Assembly (NCBI RefSeq): GCF_001194135.2
Contig: NC_069002.1
Span: forward strand, 32,620,578-32,684,577
Source of the DNA: Octopus bimaculoides
Lineage: Eukaryota
DNA: 64,000 nt
Direction of reading: 5' to 3'
Shown here: one piece after another, positions 39,598 through 53,098 of the stretch
How the letters are laid out: each line of letters opens with the position of its first letter
Numbering within the stretch: position 1 is the first letter of the stretch
Notes under the pieces: generated by a model
Told to the model about the DNA's origin: nothing
The model's database searches: none
Seen by the model: only the letters and a program-made list of their open reading frames with translations
Position numbers and translations under genes: made by a program

Positions 39598-41089
39598 GTG
39601 TATTTGTGTGAGTGTTGTACGTGTGTGTGTGTATGTATGTGTTACGTAGAGGTATTTCTGTAACATAGATTCTGGATTGTCTGAAGGAATTTGGAATCTC
39701 CGAACTGCAGCAGAGTTCAGGAAATAGTTTGGTAATCAAAAGATAGAAATATCATTTTGCCATTTGATATACGGCTTCACTGGCGTTTGACCTGCTGCCC
39801 TGAAACGACGGATAGAATGAATATACAAACTGGTTGCATATTCAGAACTGTTTTGAACTTGTCCTTGTTGTAATAGTTCTGACGTTATACACTCTGTGGC
39901 ATTGGTGCACTCACCTTTGATTCTTTCGTTAGAAGCGATGCACTATACACATTGTGTCATGATTTCAAAAAGACTATAAGTTGGTATATTCTGTTCTTGA
40001 ATGCATTTTGCGTTAGTCAAAACACTTCCTTCTATTTCTCCAAATGTATTGGCTGGATGTGAACGTACGTGGCTTTGTTATAAGATTGTTTGATTCATGA
40101 TCGTGATGTCTTATGTATGATTTCTGGACAAAGCGGGATTTCAGTGACCTTTGTTAAAGTGCTTAACTGCACTTTGCTAAAAAAAAAACATTTACAACTA
40201 CTTCACATTGCAAATACCAATGTCAACCGCCTTTAATGGCCATGTGTTATTAAATGCGGAGTGTTCTGCCACACGAATTGTCCTGAGAATCTCGTCGTTT
40301 GGTTTATCGGGCAAAGAACTGTGTAAAATATCGCGATTTGTTTTCTTGAGACTTGAGAGAAACTGCTTGCTATGTATCAGCCGTTATATCTTTTATCGTG
40401 TGTTCTTGAAAATACGACAACACAAAAACACTACGTTATGTATCATGAGTTGTTTTATTTAAAAAAATAGTAATGTGGTATTCGAAGGAAACTTGGCTGC
40501 CATATTAGCAGTGTGAAAGTTCAAGTAACGGTTTCCTCACTGATTACATCACTTCTCGACAGAGCTGTCGATGTATTAAGCGTAATAAAGCAAGGTGCAT
40601 TTCGAAATCCCTGTAAGACGATAGAAACTCGCTTGAGTTCTGTTTTTATCAGGAACTCGAGTTAAGAGATGAATGCGTGTAGCCTAGCGGTTCAGGTGTC
40701 TGGTTCATTGTCTTAATGTCAATGTTTCAACTCATGAACTCATCTGATCATCACTACCAACCTAGGACGGGTACACCGCTATCTCGCTCTAGCTGACACA
40801 AATTCAATATAATACTGGATCAAAGTATTGCAGAATCAACCAGGGTGCTTATGTGTGCTTATGACTACATAGGCACCTGAAACAGTTGGCGAAAGCATGG
40901 AACATGTTTCCCAGTCGTACTTGTTTGTAGATGTAGATCAGCTCTTACATCATTAATAGCGCCGTCAATAAATTATTTTACTTCATGTGATGCGTAAAAA
41001 GTTACCGTCGAATGTCATAATTCATCTTAAAACGCAAATACATGGAATAATCATTTCAGATATATTATGCCGAAATAGAATAAATAGTA

Positions 41090-41408
41090 AAGACCTGTAT
41101 TTGGTCATGATTGCACCTAGAAATTTCCCCTCTGATGCACGAGTGGGGGAAAGGTTGTTTACGGGAGACTAACAGTCACTCATGCATACCCGTCCCCCAT
41201 CTTAATGTTAACGATTTGTCCAAGAGAAAGGCAAAGGCCGATAGAGCTTGACAGCAGTGACATCGTCACTATTTTGTACTTCTGACTGAACTGGAGCAAC
41301 GTGAAATAAAGAGTCTTGCTCAAGAACACAACACACAGCCCAGTCGGGGAATCGAACATATTACATCATGATTGTGAACCCAACGCTACTAACCACTGAG
41401 CCATGTTC
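41090..41408 (-). mobile_element. Full-length CORE-type SINE family D
   Basis: Minus-strand head CATGGCTCAGTGGTTAG...GTTCGATTCC, core GTGTTCTTGAGCAAGACTCTTTATTTCACGTTGCTCCAGTTCAGTCAG, and its own tail ending TAGGTGCAATCATGACC. Confidence 0.88.
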
Positions 41409-42338
41409 CTTTACAAATACGATGCTAGAAATCTAAATATTCAAGAAAAACTTTGCCTCAAGCTTCTTAAAATGTGGATGAGGGCATCAGATGATATCAA
41501 CTTAATATTTTGCGTGGATACTAAAGGAAACGTACGGCTAAGGGTGAAATATCTTTGGTAAGAAATCTGATTGATCAGACGTGACCTGAGGCTAAACAAG
41601 AGAAGCGAAAATTCACTTCCGCCGTAAGACGTTTCCTAAAAGGGAATGTAGTTGACATTTTCTACATCATATTAAATTCTCAAATATCTTTTTAGCTCCA
41701 TTTTCCCAAAGTTGAGTATCATTCCATGATAGGCTTTCATCTCCATCAATCGATTCCGCAGACGCTATCAACATCTTTTCTAATTGTCGCATAAAATATT
41801 TCATATCCATATAGACATATATGCACTTATATGTTCTCATATACATACTTAGATATAAATATATATATGTATATGTATATTGTATATTCATGTGTATATA
41901 CATATATTTATATGTGTGTATATATATATATATATATGTAGATATATACATGTTTATATATATATATATATATACGTCTATTGATATATGCATGTATGTG
42001 TATTGATATATACATATATAGATTAATATAGACGTGTGCGTGGTTATAGCTATATAGATAGTTATATATAAACACTCACACGCACACACACACACACGCA
42101 CGTACGCATACACATATAGGCAGACCATTATGCATGCCTTTTAAAGTAAGATCTATACACCAATTTTTTTTTCTTGTTTTTCTTCCTGTATATTTTAAAC
42201 ACTTTAGCTTCCATATTACTTAAAACTTCAAGCCTACCTCTATACTCATTAATCTTCCATAGCGCCCTTTTTTGCATACAGACACACCTGCACACACAGA
42301 AACGCACACGCACACACAAACATATACATACATACATG

Positions 42339-42391
<53 letters not shown>

Positions 42392-42678
42392 NNNNNNNNN
42401 NNNNNNNNNNNNNNNNNNNNNNNNNNNNNNNNNNNNNNNNNNNNNNNNNNNNNNNNNNNNNNNNNNNNNNNNNNNNNNNNNNNNNNNNNNNNNNNNNNNN
42501 NNNNNNNNNNNNNNNNNNNNNNNNNNNNNNNNNNNNNNNNNNNNNNNNNNNNNNNNNNNNNNNNNNNNNNNNNNNNNNNNNNNNNNNNNNNNNNNNNNNN
42601 NNNNNNNNNNNNNNNNNCCCCCCACGTTACTTGGTTTCTCACCCTACTTTAAACTGTCATGCTATTATTTAATTAACA

Positions 42679-42711
<33 letters not shown>

Positions 42712-43432
42712 TTAACAACCTTTCTCTCCCAGACACATTTTCTCCTACTCCTTCTATCCCCTCGCCCCACCAACAGCCATTTTCTACTTGTAGTCTGTAC
42801 CTCTCTGCAATCCCTATGGCTTATCCCACGATTCACACATCGTTTCTTTCAAAACAACAACAGCATCAAACACTAAACAACACCAACAAAAGTAACGACG
42901 ACAACAACAACAACAACAACAAAGGCAATTTAGCCCCCAAATCCTTTTTTTTTATGTCGGTATATACGTGTGTGGTTTGCGATCGTTGTTTTTCCGAATT
43001 TTTTCTCCATTTATTTGCTTGCTTTTATTTTTTCTTTTATCATTTCGAATATCTGTTTTGGCTTGGTGTCAATGTGGACTGGTGCCATTAGAATATTCCA
43101 GAATTATTCTAACCATTTTTTTGTTACCTGGTTTCTATTTTCATTCCAAAGTAGTCAGCTTCATCCATGAATATTTGATCGAATTCCACACCACCCGCCC
43201 ACCACTTCCCTCCGCTCTCTCAGCTCCCCCCGTCCTCATTGCTCCATCCATCTACACTCACCATCATCTACACTACACCTCACACAAGCGAACTCAACAA
43301 ACTCACAGCTCTCCAAATTCTCGAACTTTCCAACAGCTTCTGCCTCAACTCTTAAGAAGGCGGCCATTAAGCATATTTGTCTTTATGCGTTTCTCTCACT
43401 CTCTCATTCTCTTTCTCTCTCTCTCACTCACC

Positions 43433-43513
<81 letters not shown>

Positions 43514-44589
43514 ATTCCATATCTGGCGGTGTGTGTGTGTGTATGCATATGTACACGCACACGTGAATTCCAAAGTGTCATTACAAAGTGCTAGGAATAA
43601 CAAAGTGACCAAGTGTATATACTCTTTTACTCTTTTACTTGCTTCAGTCATTTGATATATNNNNNNNNNNNNNNNNNNNNNNNNNNNNNNNNNNNNNNNN
43701 NNNNNNNNNNNNNNNNNNNNNNNNNNNNNNNNNNNNNNNNNNNNNNNNNNNNNNNNNNNNNNNNNNNNNNNNNNNNNNNNNNNNNNNNNNNNNNNNNNNN
43801 NNNNNNNNNNNNNNNNNNNNNNNNNNNNNNNNNNNNNNNNNNNNNNNNNNNNNNNNNNNNNNNNNNNNNNNNNNNNNNNNNNNNNNNNNNNNNNNNNNNN
43901 NNNNNNNNNNNNNNNNNNNNNNNNNNNNNNNNNNNNNNNNNNNNNNNNNNNNNNNNNNNNNNNNNNNNNNNNNNNNNNNNNNNNNNNNNNNNNNNNNNNN
44001 NNNNNNNNNNNNNNNNNNNNNNNNNNNNNNNNNNNNNNNNNNNNNNNNNNNNNNNNNNNNNNNNNNNNNNNNNNNNNNNNNNNNNTATATATATATATAT
44101 ATGTATATATATACACATGCATACGCACGCATGCACACACATGTATACATGTGTGTACAGGTGTACGTGCGGGTGTTTGTCTGAGAATGGGTGCTTGTGT
44201 GGGAGAATGCACTTCAATATTTGTTAGAACCTTGCTCTTCTACGCCGGAAATATTGATTTCAAATATTTGTGAAGTTGCAGCAATATGAGATCGAATATT
44301 TCCTGGAAAAGAACCAAGTGAAAAAAAAATCTCACAAACTTCGACAGCCAAATATAATCCATGCTAGAAGATGCGATGGGCGAATAATTAAACGAAAGCC
44401 TTTTTAGAATCGATATTCGTTACAATTTTCTAACAGAATATTACGAGTACCAGATTCTTCACCACCAAATAAACATAAAGGTAAGCTGACAATGTAAATC
44501 TCTTCATGCATTCTTTTTTTTTTTAAATATTTGATGACATTAGAAAATATAAGCCAAGATATACTGTGACAAGCGACTGCTAATAGTCC

Positions 44590-44810
44590 TTTCTAGTATA
44601 AGTCTGAGATTCTGGAGCAGGGGATAGTCTATTACTTCAATTTCAGTGCTTGGTTGGTAATTTGTTAATCGACAACGAAACGATGTAAAGCAAAGTCTTG
44701 GAACAACGTGAAATAAAGTGTCTTGCTCAAGAACACAATATACAGCCTGGTCTGGGAGTCGAACCCGCTACCTCATGACTGTGTGCCCAATGCTCTAACC
44801 AATGAGATAT
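44590..44810 (-). mobile_element. SINE D head (44701-44810) abutting a decayed SINE B fragment (44590-44700)
   Basis: CAACGTGAAATAAAGTGTCTTGCTCAAGAACACAA is nearly identical to 41318-41352. To its left is a B-like TTAATCGAC...GATGTAAAGCAAAGTC. Confidence 0.7.
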
Positions 44811-47365
44811 ATCAGTGTTTGCTTTTATGTCCCGCCATATGTTGTGTACTAAAACAATTTAAAGCGAAGAATTACTCAATACCATTTACTAGAGTAGATA
44901 ATTCTTTGACAAATACATATTTCTTTGACGTGGAGAGGAGTGACAGTGAAATCGAAATTTCGGGTAATTAGCCTGAGCCTGCATCAAAGTGTCTTATACT
45001 CTGTCTATCTATCTCTATACATGTAGGTATATATTTTTATAGGTATGTGTATCCATTCACATGCACATGCATATATACACAAGCACACACAAGCACACAC
45101 ACGCACACACACGCACACGCACGCACGCACAAACACACACACACACTTTATATAAACCATACAAAGATATAAATAATAAAGCCTAAATATTTATAGACCC
45201 AGTATTCCAAGAACCGAATCATTTCACTTTCAACCGAAAGTTTATAAAATTCTAATAGCAACAATAACAATATATATACAAACACGTCCGTGTACACAAC
45301 CACTACATATATATATATGTGTGTGTATTTATATACATACATATATATATGTATGTATATATATATANNNNNNNNNNNNNNNNNNNNNNNNNNNNNNNNN
45401 NNNNNNNNNNNNNNNNNNNNNNNNNNNNNNNNNNNNNNNNNNNNNNNNNNNNNNNNNNNNNNNNNNNNNNNNNNNNNNNNNNNNNNNNNNNNNNNNNNNN
45501 NNNNNNNNNNNNNNNNNNNNNNNNNNNNNNNNNNNNNNNNNNNNNNNNNNNNNNNNNNNNNNNNNNNNNNNNNNNNNNNNNNNNNNNNNNNNNNNNNNNN
45601 NNNNNNNNNNNNNNNNNNNNNNNNNNNNNNNNNNNNNNNNNNNNNNNNNNNNNNNNNNNNNNNNNNNNNNNNNNNNNNNNNNNNNNNNNNNNNNNNNNNN
45701 NNNNNNNNNNNNNNNNNNNNNNNNNNNNNNNNNNNNNNNNNNNNNNNNNNNNNNNNNNNNNNNNNNNNNNNNNNNNNNNNNNNNNNNNNNNNNNNNNNNN
45801 NNNNNNNNNNNNNNNNNNNNNNNNNNNNNNNNNNNNNNNNNNNNNNNNNNNNNNNNNNNNNNNNNNNNNNNNNNNNNNNNNNNNNNNNNNNNNNNNNNNN
45901 NNNNNNNNNNNNNNNNNNNNNNNNNNNNNNNNNNNNNNNNNNNNNNNNNNNNNNNNNNNNNNNNNNNNNNNNNNNNNNNNNNNNNNNNNNNNNNNNNNNN
46001 NNNNNNNNNNNNNNNNNNNNNNNNNNNNNNNNNNNNNNNNNNNNNNNNNNNNNNNNNNNNNNNNNNNNNNNNNNNNNNNNNNNNNNNNNNNNNNNNNNNN
46101 NNNNNNNNNNNNNNNNNNNNNNNNNNNNNNNNNNNNNNNNNNNNNNNNNNNNNNNNNNNNNNNNNNNNNNTATATATATATATATATATATATATAGTTC
46201 CATATACAGATATAAATACTGGTATATATATTTATATACATACGTATGTACATATATATGTATATATATATATATATGTGTGTGTGTATGTATGTATGTA
46301 TGTATGTATGTATGTATGTATGTATGTATACACGCATTCAGATATATTATACTGTCTCTCTCTCTCCATTCTTCGTGATAGAAGAAGGGAAATATATATT
46401 AATATAAGAACAATATAAAATATATTCATACTGTCTGAAAGGTGAAAAAACAGGTTATAAAACCAACTGACATCGAAGAAACGATGTTAAAGGACACACA
46501 GACACACACGTACACTTACATCCACACACGGAGACTCATGCACAAACACAAACCAGAACATACATAAAAACCAAACAAACAAACAGAAAGACGTATAGAT
46601 CTATTTAAACAACGAAAAAAAAAAAAAACACTGAAGACATCGGAAAAGGAAAAGGAAAAAGAATGGAGAGGAACTCCATGGAAAGCTTAAAGCTGGAGTA
46701 GGAAAAAGTAAATAGAGGGAAAGAATTAGGGACAGAAATGAAGAAGTGAGAGAGAAGACAGAGAGCGTGAGGGAGGTGGTGTGGAGAAGCCGGTTGCATT
46801 ACGGCTGCGTTATTCTAACATTTCTTCTCCTCTAACCTTTAGCCATTTGTAGATACTCCACAGCGCTTGGACCTAATGAAAAATTCCGAAATCGAAAAAT
46901 GAGATCTACTGGTTTCTTTCAGAATTTGTCTTTGTGAAAATGTTTGCTTTTGTTACAGAGTCTTGTAGATGTTTTCATTCTAGGTAGAATCTATTGTTTG
47001 CTACTGTTTGACTATCTCCACATACAAATGAACGAACGATGGTCCAATGAAAGAATGTAATTTCAGCTTATTTCTTTCAGAAAAGATGGCTACTTAAATA
47101 GTACATGTTGTGCTCAATTGAACAAGAGAACGATTCAATACAGAAAATCCCTCCATTTTTAACTAGAGGAATGTTTTCTACAAAGAACACAACTAAGTAA
47201 ACCGCTTCTAGCAACAGACTGAGAATTGTCAAAAGAACTATTCAGCTGCATTTGTCGAGGAATTGGTCGAAATGTTTCCCTGCAAGAACTACAATTCATT
47301 GTATTCATACGTCTTATTTCTATTGCTATATGATACTGTTGTATCACTTCTTTTCATAGACTTGT

Positions 47366-47416
<51 letters not shown>

Positions 47417-47699
47417 NNNNNNNNNNNNNNNNNNNNNNNNNNNNNNNNNNNNNNNNNNNNNNNNNNNNNNNNNNNNNNNNNNNNNNNNNNNNNNNNNNNN
47501 NNNNNNNNNNNNNNNNNNNNNNNNNNNNNNNNNNNNNNNNNNNNNNNNNNNNNNNNNNNNNNNNNNNNNNNNNNNNNNNNNNNNNNNNNNNNNNNNNNNN
47601 NNNNNNNNNNNNNNNNNNNNNNNNNNNNNNNNNNNNNNNNNNNNNNNNNNNNNNNNNNNNNNNNNNNNNNNNNNNNNNNNNNNNNNNNNNNNNNNNNNN

Positions 47700-47750
<51 letters not shown>

Positions 47751-48164
47751 CAGACAGGTAGTGTATGTTTTATAAGTGTATGAATTCAATATTAAAGAAT
47801 TCGGTGGAATTAGTCAGACAATAGAGCACTCAACTCCGTAGGCGGTGTTCATAATAAAATACGGAGATTTCAGTTCCTGTACACACATAGACACATACAT
47901 ATACACACACAAACACACACATATACATATATGCACACATACATAAACACACACAGACACACACACATATATATACCACCTCTTTTGTTTGCATATGCTG
48001 ATAACAAAAGGCAGTTTTATGTTTTCCAATATGTAATCGCATACATGCTTGCGTGGTCTAGAGACATCTAAGTTTATATCACGTTCGTTTAAATGGAAGC
48101 TTTGCATAATTCGGATATCTCCACTGATATCGAAAGAGGTGTGATACACACGCAGCTCTATATG

Positions 48165-48255
48165 TCTTTTATCCTTTGCATGTTTCTGTCACCAGAGTAC
48201 GACCGTGCTGGTCCAACGTCTTGAAGAATTTCAGTGGAACGAAACCAACTCGCAG
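48165..48255 (-). mobile_element. 3' tip of SINE family A
   Basis: TTTTATCCTTTGCATGTTTCTGTCA...CGACCGTGCTGG...CTTGAAGAATTT matches 6883-6950. Confidence 0.6.
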
Positions 48256-48365
48256 GAACATAAATACAGCAGCATTACTTGTCAAATGGTGGTAGAGGAC
48301 AAACACAGATTCAAAGACTCTCTCACACACAACACAATAATATACGTATGTGTGTGTGTATATAT

Positions 48366-48414
<49 letters not shown>

Positions 48415-48434
48415 GATATGTATTTGTATACTTT

Positions 48435-48491
<57 letters not shown>

Positions 48492-49129
48492 ATAAATACA
48501 CACATATACACACACATGTGCACACACACGCATTCAGACACACACATACTAATATATTTATATGTATTGGAACAAAATTTATATTTGGGACATATAGTTA
48601 TCAAAGTTTTCGTATCCACAAACCCAAAGCCTTGTGGACAGCTCGTACCACACAAATAATTTAAACTTTCTACGTGTCGAACGTGAGGAAACGCTTAGAC
48701 ATCGAGATTTAAATCTTAACATATATTTATGCCAATGCACGTGTAAGTATAATGTATTAGTATACATACAAGAATACCGTATACATTATGACTATGACAA
48801 ATAAAATTTCACTACATTTACAGACATAGACACACACTGACACACGCCTACACACACTTGTTCTGTCACAGGCAACAACTAAAGGAAGCGAAATATAATT
48901 AACAGATGAATAAATAATTACATAAGAATGTCTTTATGTCGCACGCTTGACATCAAGATGTAATGCAACCAGTAACGATAGTTAGAAAATTTAACACATC
49001 GTCTGCAATGCATACACATTATTGGGAAGATGACAGCGGTTATGCGACGAAAAATATTTGGAAGAAAAGGGGACGAATGACTGAGAAGGAAAGTTTGAAA
49101 TGTGGAACTCTAAGGCCCTTAAATTATGG

Positions 49130-49420
49130 TTTCAAATTCTGACTCAAGAAGGAAGAAGGAAGCCGATTATGTCGACCTGAAATGTTAAAATGCTGCTTAT
49201 TTCATAGACCATGAAATGATGAGAGGCGAAATCGACCCTGGCTGCATCTCACCTCAGAAACTAACGTCGAAAGAATCCAGGAGAAAGAGAACAGTTATGG
49301 CAAATTAATGCGGCACTTACAGCTCTTGTACTCTGGCTAAGAATTTTCATTTCTGTCATAGGATCGTGGTTTTGCTTCCCAGACCGGGCGTTGTGAGTGT
49401 TTATTGAGCGAAAAACAAGT
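49130..49420. mobile_element. Decayed SINE B (-, about 49130-49265) and SINE C head fragment (+, 49358-49420)
   Basis: CATAGGATCGTGGTTTTGCTTCCCAGACCGGGCGTTGTGAGTGTTTATTGAGCGAAAA matches the reverse complement of 25341-25400. The B remnant is weaker. Confidence 0.7.
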
Positions 49421-49944
49421 CGAATGATGATATCTAGCCCACAAGACTGGTTTACGCTGACAATCGAAGTGCTCAACTTGCGTACCTTATCGTCTTTATT
49501 GTCGATAAAAACGCTCCGGTCGAAATGGTTGTCAACACTTATTTCTAAGCATCAGATGTTGGATGGCATGTGTGTTTCTTCTCAAGAGAAGGAATGATTT
49601 GGGCGCATTAACTTTTCCAAAATGTTTAAATTAAAGTTTTCCTTCATTTTGTAGTAAAGTTTTTTTTTTCGTTGTGCCTGACAACCGATTTACAGCGTGT
49701 AGCTTAGATTCGATGTCTGTTCTGTCTTATGGCACGGAGTCCCGAATTTAGATGGCTCGTAAATCGTGTGTTAATGTCGTTTCGACAAAGATATTTTAGT
49801 TTTAGTTTATGTTTACAAATGTCCCTACATAAAATAAAATGTCAAGTAATATTATGCTGAAGATTCCAAAACAGGATGAAATGATATCATGCTATGAAAA
49901 TAAGAATGAACAATAATGAAAGAATTATATACAAGATGTATTCA

Positions 49945-50354
49945 TAGGCGCAGGAGTGGCTGTGTGGTAAGTAGCTTGCTTACCAACCCCATGCTTCCGG
50001 GTTCAGTCCCACTGCATGGCATTTTGGGCAAGTGTCTTCTACTATAGCCTCGGGCAGACCAAAAGCCTTGTGAGTGGATTTGGTAGACGGAAACTGAAAG
50101 AAGCCCGTTGTATATATGTATATATATATATATGTGTATGTGTGCGTTTGTATGTCTGTGTTTGTCCCCTCAACATTGCTAGACAACCGATGTTGGTGTG
50201 TTTATGTCCCCGTCAATTACCGGTTCGGCAAAAGTGACCGATAGAATAAGTACTAGCCTTACAAAGAATAAGTCCCGGGGTCGATTTGGTGGACTAAAGG
50301 TGGTGCTCCAGCATGGCCACAGTCAAATGCCTGAAACAAGTAAAAGAGTAAAGA
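49945..50354 (+). mobile_element. Full-length tRNA-derived SINE family A
   Basis: Head AGGCGCAGGAGTGGCTGTGTGGTAAG, B-box GGGTTCAGTCC, TTGGGCAAGTG segment, internal (TA)/(TG) tract, and tail GAAACAAGTAAAAGAGTAAAGA. Possible TSD AAGATGTA at 49933-49940 and 50351-50358. Confidence 0.93.
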
Positions 50355-50880
50355 TGTAGTCTCTTCTTATTCTGTTCACTCTGACAAAAAACAATCTCCA
50401 CAAAAGACGAAAGATAGATTCACTTGGAAACGATTATCTCCCCGTGAACAGCAACTTCCTTTCGTTCCGTGTCGCTTCTATAGTATATCCAGCTTCTTGT
50501 AAGATCACCATGATAACATATTCTCGAGATTGTACCAGAGATATAACATTCACGGTGTTTCACATTCTTTTGAATATATACACGTGACTTCAGGAGTGCT
50601 AGGTTTGTTATGCACATGTTAAAAAAAAAGCAGACTTGCTCCACAAAAATGGCTGGTGTCTTGTAGATAAATTAAGTGTAAGTTTTATACTTTCGAGTGC
50701 ATAAAAATATCTAGTAATTATGGCTGTGATTGACGGGTGAGAAATAAAACAAAATGAAGTATAAATTAGTTATTGCAAATAGTTTTACACTTCCATTTTA
50801 TCTACAGAACTCAACATGGTAGTAAATAAAATATTAACGTTGCTGCTATTTCCTCAGAACGGAAATTTGCGTAGGTATGG

Positions 50881-50933
<53 letters not shown>

Positions 50934-51245
50934 TATATATATGTATGTATTTGTATATATATTTCAATATATATAACTTTATTAACTCTGCATACACTTA
51001 CACAAACGCATGCACACACATATATGTAGACACGTTTACGTGTGTATATATTTGGACACATACACACACACATATATATACATGTGTATACTTATGTGTA
51101 TGTACGTATGTGTATGTACGTATGTATATTCTAGAAGACTTTATAACAACATTGAAATTAACGTACACCTCATATACACACACACGTGTGCGTGTTTTAG
51201 TGTAAATGAGTGCTTGTAGCTTACATATATATATATGTGTGTGTT

Positions 51246-51283
<38 letters not shown>

Positions 51284-51580
51284 TATTTGTGCATTTGTGC
51301 ATTTGTGTATGTGTATGTAGTTTGTGTCATGTACGCAGTTACATTGTATATGAAAAAAATATCATAAAAATAAGTTGCGAAAATATTTTTTCTACTGATA
51401 AATTGTTAATGATGATGAAGTAATAGTTTGTGAAGAAACCGATATTAAAAGTCAATGGTGTGGACATATATCTCACCGTGAATATAGTATAGACAACAAA
51501 ACAACGAAACTGCTTCTATACGTGCTCCGTTGACCTGCCAGAAGTAGTAGTTAAAGTCTACTAACATAAGGCCCCTATTA

Positions 51581-51691
51581 CAGTGGTTCCCAACCTGTGG
51601 TCCACGGACACCTGGTGGTCCACGGACACCTGGTGGTCCACGGACACCTGGTGGTCCACGGACACCTGGTGGTCCGTAAACGAAATTCAAA

Positions 51692-51694
<3 letters not shown>
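51581..51694 (+). mobile_element. hAT (Charlie-like) transposon terminus with 4 perfect 18-bp repeats
   Basis: Starts CAGTGGTTCCCAACCTG, a typical Charlie/MER-type TIR. GTGGTCCACGGACACCTG starts at 51597, 51615, 51633 and 51651, with a partial copy at 51669. No partner end was found. Confidence 0.7.
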
Positions 51695-51736
<42 letters not shown>

Positions 51737-52091
51737 CTCTTTCACTGGTCTCGTTCTGTTAACGTCTAAGCATTCAGGCGAGTATACTGGCATTGATGAG
51801 ACAACATTTGAAATATTGTCTAGGTAAATGCAGTTGATGAAGACTGATCAAATTTACGTTGACAAACGTAATTGAATAGTCTGAAACCTAGGTACTGCAT
51901 TATCCGATTCTGGGTGTCCATTTATCTAATGTTCTTCCTAGAGTAAGACAAATCTTTCATATTTGTTGCACTCACACGTCTTTGCCAGTATATACGCAGT
52001 GAAGCTTTACACTAGCGTCGTATTTGTATCGAATCGACTGCTATTTCCAGCAAATATTGGTGCCTTGTTGTACCACAAATCTATCTATCTA

Positions 52092-52130
<39 letters not shown>

Positions 52131-52994
52131 NNNNNNNNNNNNNNNNNNNNNNNNNNNNNNNNNNNNNNNNNNNNNNNNNNNNNNNNNNNNNAACGAGTTG
52201 CTAAGTATAGAACCTAAATCGCCAAATAATGCTATGCTGTCCTCATTCAAACACGAAGGACATATCATATCCGGCAATATACTTAAAAAAGGAGGGGAAA
52301 TGAATACTTTTGATCATTCGTCAACGTTCCGTTAGGGCTGGCCTATGCACAGAAATATAAACAGCAACAACAGGAACAACAATATTTAGCATCTAAAAAT
52401 GAAGACAGTATACACAGAACCACACTGAGTCTCTTTCACAACTCTAACACCCCTAGAATCCATTAGCTTCAATCTTGGGAGTTCTTAAATTTGAAACGAT
52501 ATATTATCTGATTCGTTTGAAAGGGGCCATCTTTCTCATACAATAAAAGCGTAAGAGCTGCTATTAACGTGCCTCTTAGTCGAGGTTTATTGTGTTGGCG
52601 GTATAAAGTTTTCAGTGTGAATAGTGTTTAAGAATTCCCGTTGAAGAAAGTGAGAATTTGGGAAAAGTAAATGACGAATGAAGAAACCAGATTTATTCTG
52701 CGATGCCTTCTATAAAGAAGAATTTATATTGAGAAGCTGAGTCTAGAATGGTGTCGATAGGAGGGGGTTAAAATTTGCTTAAAATTAGTGAGTGAATGTG
52801 TGAGAGAGAGAAAAAAAAGAGAGAGAGAGAGAGAGGCAAAGAAAGAGACTAACGAGTAAGATNNNNNNNNNNNNNNNNNNNNNNNNNNNNNNNNNNNNNN
52901 NNNNNNNNNNNNNNNNNNNNNNNNNNNNNNNNNNNNNNNNNNNNNNNNNNNNNNNNNNNNNNNNNNNNNNNNNNNNNNNNNNNNNNNNNNNNNN

Positions 52995-53043
<49 letters not shown>

Positions 53044-53067
53044 TAGAGCGAAATAGAGAGAAGGAGA

Positions 53068-53098
<31 letters not shown>

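Noticed and set aside
39700-40150. Minus-strand donor (AAG|GTGAGT near 39914) and vague Tc1-like peptide
   Set aside because: All three upstream frames contain stops and no convincing DDE motif was found.
43160-43235. C-rich tract, potential G-quadruplex on the minus strand
   Set aside because: The G-runs are irregular with a long loop, and the tract is unremarkable in this low-complexity background.
51445-51690. Collagen-like (GPPGVR)n ORF
   Set aside because: Produced by the 18-bp repeat inside a hAT-like terminus. It has no signal peptide or splice context.
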